Positions 24,901 to 32,060 of a stretch of DNA of 64,000 nt are shown here, piece after piece. Location: positions 1-64,000 of the IMG/VR virus record IMGVR_UViG_3300024339_000012. One strand, given 5' to 3'. This DNA comes from a virus. The notes below the pieces were generated by a model. The model saw only the letters and a list, made by a program, of their open reading frames with translations. It was not told the origin of the DNA and ran no database searches. The position numbers were made by a program, and so were the translations under genes. Within the stretch, counting starts at the first letter, position 1, and each line of letters begins with the position of its first letter.

Positions 24901-25390
24901 TACTATAAATGACTCCGGACTAAGTTTAGTTGAAGGTCTAACTGTTAATAGTGGATTGGGTAATTATGATACTCAAATAAGTGGTGACAGTATTGAAAAT
25001 CTATTCTATGTTGATGCCAGTGCAGATTCAGCAGGTATCAAGATCAGTACACCAAAATCAAGTTGGCATGTTTATAGCAACCAGAGCTGGAAAAGTAGTG
25101 TTCTTGTTTCTGAAGAAGAAGAGCCAACACCTGCAATAACAAATACATTAGCAGACGAAACAATAGTCTATTTAGAGCCTGATGCTGGGAAAACAGCATA
25201 TTACTTACCTTCGCCAGCTTCTGATAGGGTATATTTTATTACAATATTTTCAACAAGAGGAGCAACATTATATCCACAAGGAGGACTCGTTTCTATAAAT
25301 GGAGGTGCATCTTTAACATTACCTCTAAGTACTTCATGGTTTATTCACATGAAGACAGCAACAAGATGGGTAGCAGTACAAATAAGTTAA
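12956..25390 (+). CDS. Giant modular tail fibre / receptor-binding protein (4144 aa)
   Basis: N-terminal SNTIQIRRG..GELGFATDT; many GNVGIGTTSP / GNVLIGTTTDSG beta-repeat units; repeated YLRLDTAND and TPADAGATDE linkers; G/T/S/N-rich. Confidence 0.85.
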   Translation: MSNTIQIRRGPSASLPVLNAGELGFATDTYGTYIGDGAANHELLKVEHHEYGTAAGQMSFWDGSKWAHTETSEVFWDDSNKRLGVNELSPTARVHITGDNWGAANLSEMFGSKSFRLQTRIDSESSILISTTGSSVIGIQAATSASVTFPITLQPFGGYVGIGTGVTAPLAKLHINGGVGSLATGLAFGDGNTGIYESSDNILTIALAGSDKFKFNDSWLRGTGGNRSAAIYYTVGTLANPVYSFEGDFNTGVTSFAYDQLSLITGGVEAIRIDASQNVGVGTTAYLSSYGFHIKNTPGRIRISNEADVSGGQYLFLGSPNYDLVKVGSVVTTGTGSAYLSVSVALENVMHERLMINPSGNVSIGNTNNAYKLDVGSGSVSNVASFTGDIGVMNIIGGYKLDFTRGGANYITATNGVGYLYFRTAGGNNSLRLNADTSALFYDTVTINNIPTSTSDSIIVETSGVIQKRNLSEMITGDLDNTYLRLDTANDPLTDLLEITKQGATSTYVSTLKLTSSGSYASSSHGIDFYSATSVNSAKISVLRNGSDDNYHLTFSTYGTLDVLTERMRISDDGNVLIGTTTDSGSKITIQQTSDSNGIRVYGYDDQSGKDSRWYINSSGNSYLTSSGALALAVNDGTSDLALRAGSTSGIVDIDQGLGLRVRDGKTVYIAGTTPLVFNGTTSKIWGSLGVELSIQTSQLAFRNTSGTVIMLMTGGTFTMKNGMDLVLHHDAVLDMEAVTLQQMEAAVATENLWDRDSAGFLYPATGTDKVVVGGSTQVNSDYQFQVKTSGAHAAILQGAGDTFLTIRKAGTPDKDYNIVNEGNRLTFRKDNTSFAGFGNTGGLGIGTTAAYQSPTVNQLWVEGNVGIGTTSPAYKLDVSGTGRFTGTISSTSTNGWTIGNLTNTARIYYTSGSGLFSALTHWNSYATLAVGNATVNGQLTVTTINNAADTVENILVEDSGVVKYRTISSVIGDELDSVYLRLDTANDPLTGNLEIRGATNPYLLVKDSTNNLELLHQAFDSYAIVGTGNNYAFSLYQNSTRVLTIDTAQNIGIGIASGIDQKLHIEGTGTTLTQIETTAINTEYTGVKIKTPVGYWGLFVGASAHSTIAGDLGFYDGDAGEYRMTLKDSGNLLVGTTTDSGYKLDVSGNAQIGDGGGASVLNFNNTSYGAVQFAGNTRFAVNNIGTTFGTVTNDGVGQIQVKSISASRYFANFYASTGSGFAKFYQDSNNHVGLYMANSAGTSNVYINPAGFSYFKGGNVMIGGSADTGHTFQVNGNMSIATIANAADTVENLLVTDGGTVKYRTIASVIGDELDSVYLRLDTANDPLTGSLRLNQTADSVGYSVYGYDDKSTSSATISINAIGHTVITSTGDLLLNNAATKLGILGVSSYIYNHNYGSANGKLTFDNAKIYFENANVGIGTTTPVFKTQIKGEAVTLLSIHRQNSDLLETSPVGISFGMRGDTGSGSSDQRAGIYYEYNGDLYISAKNSVTDLATSPKQYARIFIDGNNDRVGINTTAPQATFDVRSAYSHFGANSGDSYFKGNELNFGYYAGANYVGYINWNGYNHGTSQFRDLHISDGKNGVIAFFDGSTKEVGFGTVNPERAVHVLHTDPYILVEQAAASGSAGMMFRSGDSTGYTMIRTTDGDDFQILTRIGGDTQRFRIAGTTGYVTINNVANAPITDDNILVWAADNSIKYRTVASVIGDELDSVYLRLDTANDATLNRFDLSGTFAGTTVSSFTNLSATGYGLGVRAGTGSLYAFNVVDYSNSYDIFTAKGSGEIYMKGNVGIGTTSPDTNLEVETGGLTYTRFTGNRGDGNDLHIANLEFSNSYTSVGVIAEIRAITGNTGTQSTKGQLAFYTDDGLTYAERARIDSTGNVGIGTTSPDTLLHLYRASGDTFLKIESVALGDPTILFQSGNDRLGVIDFNDGTTTARFNFDHSTSKFEFKPRNSSTVDAFISETTNYFGGNVGIGTATPATKLDAAGTIRSTAQTIPTSGAGVELIYDNSTGYVVSYDRTGSSYKALRLYGSTIALMEGNVGIGTASPRGLLDITTTGSDAELHIGTTTYPATNLIIGHTRRYNYYDVIIGRNLSGTDGSDVYKTVYTHSSGGYNGIEYKNGSDIVFYAFDGATVAGATVVPTARMMINGSTGNVLIGTTTDSGYKLAVLGTSFFSDDIQMSSGKKIYFRSGTDWSIGQELTPVVGASNVTDGALVLEVYNVAAQGLLVRNNGNTGLFEIGGTGIINIPVTPADAGATDEVLRITSGGDIVASSVAELIGDMGYWDRTGSTLTPATVGDDILMSGGDFYIKTSGGTARARLRESGDLSLYNSVGTGTVFISGDQGTASYINNAGNVGIGTTSPLAKLHVKDGNTLSSALTNTSALIEGFSQSILQIASHSSGYSQIAFGDQDDGFDGGFIYSNASRYLSIETANAERMRITSGGNVGIGTTSPDYLLDLYKSTGTSSSATGTTLQQLWNYVGSDLSQQKTFVDFVFQDDNSNEYPQVRIGAEVGQNGDANSLEKEGSGAFVIYTNNATGVGPGTPTGLAERFRVDYQGNVGIGTTSPAYKLDVSGSTRIQTPAAAGYAHIFSDNNGAIYSSNGDLQFYTNNAAYNTRFFSANKGTPLLNIAESGIINIATTPADAGATDEVLRITSGGDIVASSVAELIGDAIAIPDTQIAVGTGTGITGNANFIWNDSAATFRHGTANEFSSTIFGSVFVPTGDGTTNLTSTGFTAAEKSQYKLKVFITGDTSTQTGVTYLIRNDKAYTADPDNFTMRLVSRSGSASNHLRAVIDSSSGLVSVAHYHPSATYTLAWEFEELGTNNENSFHLFGAHYGWVRDVNTLYYAEGSVGIAVTDPEAQLELGAQSGKIFQAGITSNNWAANYALGLVNANGMLLSKNATSNNSYRLFLFYRHDTAGNQFQIYNNSNVNTINLNAAGHSWLNGGNISIGTSTDNGEKLQVLGATRFDSYSLTDPDSTSRTNYAAAHMFTHYNEANGVSIIGGEGGFDGTTLTVGEETSASSAFNLFRAIADTNGTPITQFVVRGDGYTAIGQTTPIDQLTVKSANSTGITLIDGNSRKFILRKRTTDNSATMYVDNGTERAFMVVGESNTWMHLKSDVVSLTSTPADAGSTDEILRITSAGAIVGSSVTELAGDIGLTGNYVLKSGDSMQGHLVMDNQVEIRSKNAALGERTWFRYIGDDTLEYWNSSGNINVKGTGAYLFTVERDLWVSTPNPLIKLNDTSGSAADALIQVEDSEFKIGTGSVPTMFTLDLTSDVGTAYFYGNIGLKTTPEDWYSAGSVIEAPKTSFFMGNVTDIHMNSNVYIAAAGGWKYKSSNKAANYYQYLGEHFWRVAGSGLTDAAVNWNYAMKLHNSGNLSVGNQTDSGYKVDISGSFRAGTNTEMIISGSYPYTASIINSANAGNVYFQAGSTLETKIILGGPTHADAGLGIYTNAIERINVNLAGDVNITNRLLINNASDAALAKLLVGDAMHTGSAAIAQFAGFIRVIDQIGFHGTSSGEAWLGVDASASAFDMDKVLIHPAATDPTHSALLSQVTSAVSGMVTGTGTASYIPVWQDANTLGNSAMTSDATYINVLSRRFKVSTGTATLTLGQWDGTNNRIESANMPLFLTTYTGTIKLGLLGSVGYEMQAGSNHDFKSGTATFGGTVSITKGTALRLISVSAGTPVNMGFFDGSTEKWRLYKETNNHLYLYNPTTSKFPFHIDPSDNMFLNEDAGNLNVGINTDQGYQLHVQGTSNSLDVITGGLRVTDNKATGYIAVSDGSGNLIWTDPSAYIYTLPVASASVLGGVKISYVGTPQEIPLEIAGTDKAYITLTKAGIEAVLTGAITTHTHAGGVTINNNADNRLITGSGTADTLNGESTLTYNGSSLFLLDAATNATIQVQSNEASVNGTSFVAKHSRAGSYLLSGDAIGSFNMYDSHGHTAGMSAYATQNHASSDYGSELRFMTTIIDEQTASLRATINDSGLSLVEGLTVNSGLGNYDTQISGDSIENLFYVDASADSAGIKISTPKSSWHVYSNQSWKSSVLVSEEEEPTPAITNTLADETIVYLEPDAGKTAYYLPSPASDRVYFITIFSTRGATLYPQGGLVSINGGASLTLPLSTSWFIHMKTATRWVAVQIS
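15543..20673 (+). repeat. 49-bp exact direct repeat within the fibre gene (15543-15591 and 20625-20673)
   Basis: aaggcaacgtaggaataggtactactagtcctgcctataagttagatgt occurs at both positions. Confidence 0.85.
19705..20943 (+). repeat. 69-bp exact direct repeat within the fibre gene (19705-19773 and 20875-20943)
   Basis: aaccccagcagatgcaggagctactgatgaagttcttaggataacaagtggtggcgatatagttgctag is identical at both sites. Confidence 0.9.
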
Positions 25391-25413
25391 ATAATGAAAA
25401 AAACAAAATAGCC

Positions 25414-26046
25414 ATGTCAGTAGTAGTAGAGTCAATACAAATAATAGGCAGTTCAGCAACAACATTGTTGTTAACCTTCCTTGGATTTAAAGGAAAGTTT
25501 AGATTTGATAAGTTCGACACTAAACTTGAAAACCTGGAGATGAAAAATCAAGAAGAGTATGAACAGATCCAACGAACTATAGCCTATGTTAATTCAAGGG
25601 ATAGTTTAAGCCATGCACTTGCAAAAGTCTGTAATAGTAGTATTTCATATACAGTAGGAGATAATGACCTGAATACCTTTAAAACAATGTTCACTAACTC
25701 AATAATTAAGCTTGGTACTTCAACAGTACGTACAGGTTTTAAGCATTTGAATAAAGATATCTTTCATGGATACATGGTTGTAGGTGGTACTGAAATAAAA
25801 AAATCATACGCTGAATTGGATGATGTATTTACTGCTTTAGTGGATAATCATATTCAGGAAGCGTCTGAGGTTTACTATACTGGAATCCTTGCATTGATTA
25901 ACGATGATGTGTTTAACGACAAGTATGACAGGTTTGTTGATGCGACAATTTCTTTCCTAAGAACTGAGCTTATGATTATAACAAAACACTGGTGGAGTTA
26001 TAAAGCAATGAGTGACCCTATTATTGAAAAGGAGGCAAAAAAATAA
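25414..26046 (+). CDS. Hypothetical membrane-anchored protein
   Basis: Likely ATG at 25414; N-terminal hydrophobic helix followed by coiled coil. Confidence 0.55.
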   Translation: MSVVVESIQIIGSSATTLLLTFLGFKGKFRFDKFDTKLENLEMKNQEEYEQIQRTIAYVNSRDSLSHALAKVCNSSISYTVGDNDLNTFKTMFTNSIIKLGTSTVRTGFKHLNKDIFHGYMVVGGTEIKKSYAELDDVFTALVDNHIQEASEVYYTGILALINDDVFNDKYDRFVDATISFLRTELMIITKHWWSYKAMSDPIIEKEAKK

Positions 26047-26054
26047 ATTCTTTA

Positions 26055-26062
26055 TATATTTG
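26055..26062 (+). promoter_or_regulatory. Bacteroidota -7 promoter element (TATATTTG)
   Basis: TAnnTTTG in the intergenic gap ~28 nt before the ATG at 26090. Confidence 0.5.
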
Positions 26063-26089
26063 CAATTAAATAAACTTAAAATCAAAACG

Positions 26090-26446
26090 ATGGGACTAAT
26101 TAATTCAAACGGTAACTATGCTATTATCACTAATACTGACAAGCATAGAGTAGATGTTCAGGTTTACAAAGACAAAGCAGAACACGATGCAGGGCTAAAT
26201 CCTTTCTTCGATACGTTCACTGCTGCATCTTTCCAATGTGGTGAAGACTTGAACACAAAATATAGTACAACTGGGGCCAGTGGTGCAGGTGGTAAAACTG
26301 TTGCTGACAATGTAATCTTAGCTGCTGAAGCATGTGTTGCTGAACAGGCTGCTGTTGATGCTGATCGTCACAGAGTAGCAAAGCATGTTGATGGAGCAAC
26401 CGAATATCTTGCTGGTGATTGGACTGTTTGGGCAGCTGCTGCCTAA
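26090..26446 (+). CDS. Hypothetical protein (possible fibre/tail assembly protein)
   Basis: ATG at 26090 after an A-rich leader; 118 aa. Confidence 0.55.
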   Translation: MGLINSNGNYAIITNTDKHRVDVQVYKDKAEHDAGLNPFFDTFTAASFQCGEDLNTKYSTTGASGAGGKTVADNVILAAEACVAEQAAVDADRHRVAKHVDGATEYLAGDWTVWAAAA

Positions 26447-26694
26447 TGTCCGAACCGGGCAACATAGAGCATCAAAAGACCTTTACTAACGCACAAGTAA
26501 TAAGGATAGTTATAGCAACCATTCTAATTACTTTTACGCTTACAGGTATCTTCTTTCGTTTTTTAGAGCTTGAGAAAGATATGAAATCTATGCAGACAAT
26601 TCATGACTTAGAAACTCAAGTTTTGAAAGATAAAATTGATTATGTTAATGAGAGATTATCACGTAAAATAGGAAAAGATGAACCAACTGATTGA
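26446..26694 (+). CDS. Small membrane protein (lysis region)
   Basis: TAATG overlap with the previous stop; one TM helix plus coiled coil. Confidence 0.55.
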   Translation: MSEPGNIEHQKTFTNAQVIRIVIATILITFTLTGIFFRFLELEKDMKSMQTIHDLETQVLKDKIDYVNERLSRKIGKDEPTD

Positions 26695-27061
26695 TTACTT
26701 AAAAGAACTTGACTGGTTACTATTAGGGTTTATTGCCCTGTGTGGATTAGCCAATAGGTTATTCGACGAGTTACAAGACCATTCAATGACTAACAGGTGG
26801 ACAAAGTTCACTTGGTTTCTGAATACTAATGAGGGATGGAAAAGGAAGTGGAAAAAAGGCAGTACAACAATTCCTCGATTTTGGTTATCCTCTACAGCCC
26901 TCGTATTTGTCACTGATGGCGAACACCTTTTCCAATTCCTTAAAAATAGAATGATTGAAGTAGCCTTACTGATCATATGCTGGCAGTTTGCTGTTGTATG
27001 GATAGTTGGCTCAATACTCATGTCGTTCATTAAAGAGAAGTTCTTAAAAAGAGTACAATGA
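26678..27061 (+). CDS. Membrane protein (lysis region)
   Basis: Several hydrophobic segments; W-rich motif WKRKWK..FVTDGEHLFQ. Confidence 0.55.
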   Translation: MNQLIDYLKELDWLLLGFIALCGLANRLFDELQDHSMTNRWTKFTWFLNTNEGWKRKWKKGSTTIPRFWLSSTALVFVTDGEHLFQFLKNRMIEVALLIICWQFAVVWIVGSILMSFIKEKFLKRVQ

Positions 27062-27312
27062 AACAGTCAATAATAAAAGATGAAAGAGGAAAGACCAGTA
27101 GCAAACGAGTTACAGGTCTTTTGCTCATTGTATATGCCTTGGTTGTGACTACACTTGATGGATTTGATTTCTTTGATGTAGATGCCACTATAATCATATC
27201 ATTACTATCCTTGGCTGCAGCTATGCTAAGTTTAGATTCAGTAACAGATATTTGGAAACAAAACTCAGGAAATAATGGCACGACAACGAACACTCAAGGG
27301 GAGCCGGACTAA
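27058..27312 (+). CDS. Putative holin
   Basis: 84 aa with two TM helices and an SSKRV motif, directly upstream of the endolysin. Confidence 0.6.
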   Translation: MKQSIIKDERGKTSSKRVTGLLLIVYALVVTTLDGFDFFDVDATIIISLLSLAAAMLSLDSVTDIWKQNSGNNGTTTNTQGEPD

Positions 27313-27739
27313 TTACTATTCTCGCACTACTATTGGAAAACTCCATGTAGAAGGACAGTATTTCGGTTTCACATTAGAAGATACCGTAAGACCTTTTGGT
27401 ATCAAACTCTACGGAGAAACAGCAATACCTGAAAATCCCATCGAGGGTTACAAAATAGGTATTCATTACTCAGCAAGATTCAAAAGAGAAGTTCTTATTA
27501 TTTATACCGAAGCCGATGGCAAGACACTCAAGTACGGGGGGATCTCCTTTGAGTACACTTACTTTCATGGTATGAATACTCACGAACATACTTTAGGCTG
27601 TGTTGGTATAGCTAAGAACCATAATGCAAATACTATTCAAGGCTCATTGGAAAAGGAACTATTTGATAAAGTAGCACCTTGGGTAAGAGCTGGTGATGAT
27701 GTTCGTTATTTCGTAGAGAACCAACCTCAAGCAGCATGA
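27275..27739 (+). CDS. Putative endolysin, DUF5675 (L,D-transpeptidase-like) family
   Basis: TIGKL..FTLED..ETAIP..Y..H..HTLGC motifs; sits between the holin and spanin-like genes. Confidence 0.75.
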   Translation: MARQRTLKGSRTNYYSRTTIGKLHVEGQYFGFTLEDTVRPFGIKLYGETAIPENPIEGYKIGIHYSARFKREVLIIYTEADGKTLKYGGISFEYTYFHGMNTHEHTLGCVGIAKNHNANTIQGSLEKELFDKVAPWVRAGDDVRYFVENQPQAA

Positions 27740-28074
27740 TACAAAAAAATCTATTCCTAATATGCGCCCTAATTGCTATGGGCATATTTGCTTACCTGTA
27801 TTTCACTAAGGAAACCCTAATTGTAAACACCGGTGATGCTGAGATACTGAAACTAAAAACTGAAATTTCCACTCTTGAAAATGCATACAATCTGGATATT
27901 GAAAGATTGCAGGATAGTATTGCCAGGGAAATACATGTAAAGGATTCAATCATAAAACAGAAGAATGTTAACTACTGGTACTTAAAAAAGAAGCATGAAA
28001 AAGAACTTGCTGATATTATGGATATGCCTATTGACAGTCTCTATAAGCTATTCTCAAGACTCACTACAGAGTAA
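27736..28074 (+). CDS. Spanin-like inner-membrane protein
   Basis: N-terminal TM plus coiled coil; follows the endolysin. Confidence 0.5.
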   Translation: MIQKNLFLICALIAMGIFAYLYFTKETLIVNTGDAEILKLKTEISTLENAYNLDIERLQDSIAREIHVKDSIIKQKNVNYWYLKKKHEKELADIMDMPIDSLYKLFSRLTTE

Positions 28075-28399
28075 GAAATACTTTGTTACAGCAGACCAGC
28101 TCAGGGTATCTGTATTCAAGATGGTACGATTTGAGCAGTTAGAAATTGAAGTGGATTCTCTCGTTAAGATTAATGAAGACCTGTCCGTTTTAAACCTTGA
28201 CTATTTCAACCAGAGCGAGATTGATAAGCGTGCCATTGAGAACCTTAAAAAACGCGTTGTTCACTATAAAGATTACGTGGTCCGGGATAGTATTCAAGAT
28301 GTGAAAATAAAAAAAGATAATAAAAAGAAAAGAGTAAAGCAGGGTATAGTTGCTGTTTCTGCAGGTATAATTGTTGGACTATTATTGTCTTTGCTTTAA
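27995..28399 (+). CDS. Spanin-like partner protein
   Basis: Overlaps the previous gene; signal peptide, coiled coil and C-terminal hydrophobic tail. Confidence 0.45.
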   Translation: MKKNLLILWICLLTVSISYSQDSLQSKKYFVTADQLRVSVFKMVRFEQLEIEVDSLVKINEDLSVLNLDYFNQSEIDKRAIENLKKRVVHYKDYVVRDSIQDVKIKKDNKKKRVKQGIVAVSAGIIVGLLLSLL

Positions 28400-28452
28400 A
28401 TGAAAATTAAGTACATTTACCAAATATTTATATAAATTAAATTCTCTCTCTA

Positions 28453-29496
28453 ATGAAAAAAATTATTATTAATGCAGATCTCGCTTTCATGCAGACTGCC
28501 CTACAGGGTAAAGGAATTAACTCCAAGCCAAAAGCCACACACAGGATCACCGTATCACGTAGACGTAAGCAAATAGATGCTGAATTAAAGCATATTGGCG
28601 AAGCTATGGCAGCTGACGACGACTACAAAGAATACATTACCGAACTTAAAGAATTAAAGGATAAGTACTGTGATAAAACCGAATCAGGTAAGCCTGTTGA
28701 GGAAGAAGTCGGCACCGGTAAGGAAAAAGTTAAAATCCCTGTTATTACCAAAAAGCTCGATACTTATATGAAAGCAATGCAGAACCTTAAAAAGAAACAT
28801 AAGGTTGCTATTGATAAGTACGATACTATTAATGAAACCTATGAAGAAAGTTTACTGGAAGTTGCTGATGTGAAACTCGCACCTGTTGTATTGGCTGACT
28901 TTGTACAGGAAAAAACAGCCTTCGGTGAACTGTTTGGTTTGTTCCCACTAATTGATGATTTTGAAGATGATAAACTGTTAAAGACCAAGGTTGATATTAC
29001 TCTTACTGTACGTGAGATAATGGGTCGTGAGAATGTGGTTGGACTATTCAGCCCTCAAACTGTCACACAGCTTAATTCATTCATTAATTGGGATCTTAAT
29101 CTTATACTTGCTTTTAACTTGAGATCAATACGTTCTCATGGATTTTTGATCAAAAAGGAAAAAGTATATGCCGATTACTTTGATGGTTACGAAAATAAAC
29201 GTAACAAGCTAATTATTAAGCATTCGAAAAAGAACATTGACGATATGCCAATAGTAAGTGAAAATAGCTATGTCCTTGAAGATGCATCATTATTCAACAA
29301 GGAAATGGCTGTACTTGAAAAAGAGTCAAAAGGTATTATAAAAGCCTTTGATAAATTCTTAGACAAGGAAATAATAGTCAAAGCTGTAATGATTCCTGAT
29401 GTTCTGTTAACAGAGCTTGATAAATTACTTGAAGACGATGAATTCAAGATAAGTATCCAGCAGTCTGACATTCTCGACTATTTTGTAAAAATTTAG
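28453..29496 (+). CDS. Hypothetical helical protein with two tandem related domains
   Basis: 347 aa; repeated pattern ELKDKYCDKTESGKPV / KLIIKHSKKNIDDMPI. Confidence 0.55.
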   Translation: MKKIIINADLAFMQTALQGKGINSKPKATHRITVSRRRKQIDAELKHIGEAMAADDDYKEYITELKELKDKYCDKTESGKPVEEEVGTGKEKVKIPVITKKLDTYMKAMQNLKKKHKVAIDKYDTINETYEESLLEVADVKLAPVVLADFVQEKTAFGELFGLFPLIDDFEDDKLLKTKVDITLTVREIMGRENVVGLFSPQTVTQLNSFINWDLNLILAFNLRSIRSHGFLIKKEKVYADYFDGYENKRNKLIIKHSKKNIDDMPIVSENSYVLEDASLFNKEMAVLEKESKGIIKAFDKFLDKEIIVKAVMIPDVLLTELDKLLEDDEFKISIQQSDILDYFVKI

Positions 29497-29551
29497 TTTA
29501 GAACAGAATAATTTCTTTACTTTTGTTTCATATATATATAAAATTTATGAA

Positions 29552-31432
29552 ATGAAAGAAAAAACAATTTGCCTTACATTTATCTGCAAAGACAACGAAG
29601 ACACTATCAAAAGAATGATTGATAGTTGTCTTCCTCTTGTCGACGAGATCATTGCCTGTGACACCGGATCAAAAGACGACACAGTAAAACTGATCCATAA
29701 ATTCAAAAAAAACCTCCCCGTAACCACATACTACCACAAATGGAAGAATTTCGGTCATAACCGAACCCTTATGATGCAAGCAGCTGCTAAGTCCAAATGC
29801 GATTATATATTAGTAATGGACAGCGACGAAAAGATGATGCATTTAGAATCCTTTGATTTTAAGAATATGGTTGGTGACGTTGTTATGATAAAAACTGTTT
29901 CAGGTAGCATGGAATACTATAGAGACAGGATGTTCAAAAATAGCCATGACTGGAAATGGATAGGCTATGCCCACGAGTACCCACATTCAGAAACATTCAA
30001 ACTAAAGCAGCATGCCAAATCAATACAGCTCGAACTGTATCCTAAACATAACTCAAACCACATTACCCGTAACTACAACCTATTACAGGAAGAGGAAAAA
30101 GACGGCCTCGCAACTTCAAGAACATATTTCTACTTAGGACAATCTGCTAAAGACCTCGGCTTACTTAATGAAGCTTTGGAATATTACATGAAGTGTATTG
30201 GTCTTGCAATTTGGGATCAGGAAAAGTTCTTTGCATTGTATGACATTGCCAGGATAAATCATCAGCTAAATAAATTCGATATTGCTCAGGAGTATTATCT
30301 CAAAGCACATGAAGTATTACCTGAAAGGGCAGAGCCTTTATATAATCTCGCTAAGTGCCTAAGAGAGCAGGAACTATACAATCAAGCACTAATATATTTA
30401 AAAGTCGCTTTAGGCATTCCTATTCCATCTGATGGACTATTCCTTGAGTGGGCTGTATATAAGTATTTGATCGAATTTGAAATGTCAATTTGCAGTTACT
30501 GGACAGAAGATTATATGAAAGCATTAATCTGTTCTAAAAAGGTAAAAGAAACGATTACAGCTGACAAAATATCTGATCATGGGGTAGAAGTACAAAATCT
30601 AAAGAACATATCATATACCCGTCTTAAATTGATTGCTCAGGGAAATTTGGACATACTTATAATAGAGCTTCCTGAAGGATATGACGGACTTGGTGATCAT
30701 TTGTTATTTTCACACATTCCGGAACTTGCAAAAAAGAAAGGTTTTAAGGAAGTTCTTGTAAGTGACCATAACAAATATAAGACTGCAGGAACTAAAGAAG
30801 CAGTATGGGAAACCAATCCTTTTGTTGATGGATTCATTGATGAGAGAGGAACCCACTTTGATGCAGCACAGCTATTCGAAATACTCAACGGTAAACCTAT
30901 TGTAAATAACATGCCAATGCTTAAACAGATATCAATGGTCTATGATGTGTACGATGATGACTACAATGGTTTGCCAATACTGTATATGGGTGAAAGAAAG
31001 TCTGTATTTGACAATGTACAGGAACTTGTTGATTTAGAAATGAAAAAAACAAGAGAGGGTAAAAATAAACACTTGTTTTATGATGGTAACTGGAAGCATT
31101 ATGCCGGTATTGAACAGAAAGATGTGGATGATTATTTTTTAACAAATTCTGAAATATATGACCTTGAATATCCTGTTAAGTATCAGGCTGAAAATTTAGG
31201 AAGTTGTTTAACTGCAAAAGTTCTTGGAATGGATGAATGGGAAACGGGAACACTTGAAACCTACATACTAAGAATACTTGCCTGTCACAGATTCATATGC
31301 CTTATGTCAGGTGGAAGTGTTGTATCCGCAGCGATAGGAAAACCATGTGTTGTTATTGATGATAAATCAAGTAGCAAATACTATAAATTTCCACAGATTA
31401 ATTTTTATTTATCCGATATACCAGATGCTTAA
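29552..31432 (+). CDS. GT2 glycosyltransferase with TPR repeats and a C-terminal GT-B-like domain
   Basis: ICKDNED..DTGSKDDT..FGHNR..MDSDE (GT-A DxD); TPR-like helices; C-terminal GLGDHL..SG..AAIGKP. Confidence 0.85.
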   Translation: MKEKTICLTFICKDNEDTIKRMIDSCLPLVDEIIACDTGSKDDTVKLIHKFKKNLPVTTYYHKWKNFGHNRTLMMQAAAKSKCDYILVMDSDEKMMHLESFDFKNMVGDVVMIKTVSGSMEYYRDRMFKNSHDWKWIGYAHEYPHSETFKLKQHAKSIQLELYPKHNSNHITRNYNLLQEEEKDGLATSRTYFYLGQSAKDLGLLNEALEYYMKCIGLAIWDQEKFFALYDIARINHQLNKFDIAQEYYLKAHEVLPERAEPLYNLAKCLREQELYNQALIYLKVALGIPIPSDGLFLEWAVYKYLIEFEMSICSYWTEDYMKALICSKKVKETITADKISDHGVEVQNLKNISYTRLKLIAQGNLDILIIELPEGYDGLGDHLLFSHIPELAKKKGFKEVLVSDHNKYKTAGTKEAVWETNPFVDGFIDERGTHFDAAQLFEILNGKPIVNNMPMLKQISMVYDVYDDDYNGLPILYMGERKSVFDNVQELVDLEMKKTREGKNKHLFYDGNWKHYAGIEQKDVDDYFLTNSEIYDLEYPVKYQAENLGSCLTAKVLGMDEWETGTLETYILRILACHRFICLMSGGSVVSAAIGKPCVVIDDKSSSKYYKFPQINFYLSDIPDA

Positions 31433-32060
31433 GCAATATGAAAAATTACCCAGCGGCGTTGTCAAACAGAAACGCATACGACAATCAGGATCTTCTCTGG
31501 TTGACTACAAGAAAGCCTACAATGATTTAGGACAGATCGTTGAGAATATGTCATATCTTAGACTTGGCTATATTTTAGGTGTTATTAACAAGCCCGGAAG
31601 TTTACTCGATGTTGGATACGGCAATGCATCATTCCTTAGAGTAGCAAGTAGTGTTATTACCAGATGTTACGGCTATGACATTAATGACTATCCAGTACCA
31701 GATAATGTACAGCGTATTAATAATATGAAAAACTCATACTATGATGTGATAACGTTCTTTGATAGCTTAGAACACTTTACTAACATAGACTTTGTTGGAG
31801 ATTTAAGATGCAGTTTTATAGTTGTGTCAGTTCCGGAGTGTCACTATCCTGAAAACACAGAATGGTTTATCGGGTGGAAACATAGAAGACCTGACGAACA
31901 CATATTTCACTTCAGTAGAAAAGCACTACTTAGGTTTATGGCCTCTCATGGATATACTTGTGTAGGTATTGGCAATGTTGAGGATTCTATACGTGGTAAT
32001 CTCAATGGAGAAACCAATATTTTAACGGGAGTATTTAAGAAGATAAACGTACAGGTATGA
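31425..32060 (+). CDS. Class I SAM-dependent methyltransferase
   Basis: LLDVGYGNASF, YDVITFFDSLEH and PDEHIFHF motifs. Confidence 0.8.
   Translation: MLKQYEKLPSGVVKQKRIRQSGSSLVDYKKAYNDLGQIVENMSYLRLGYILGVINKPGSLLDVGYGNASFLRVASSVITRCYGYDINDYPVPDNVQRINNMKNSYYDVITFFDSLEHFTNIDFVGDLRCSFIVVSVPECHYPENTEWFIGWKHRRPDEHIFHFSRKALLRFMASHGYTCVGIGNVEDSIRGNLNGETNILTGVFKKINVQV

Noticed and set aside
11121-25390. Diversity-generating retroelement, suggested by the Mtd-like N-termini and repeats
   Set aside because: No reverse transcriptase seen; the repeats are exact and in-frame, not adenine-variable TR/VR pairs.
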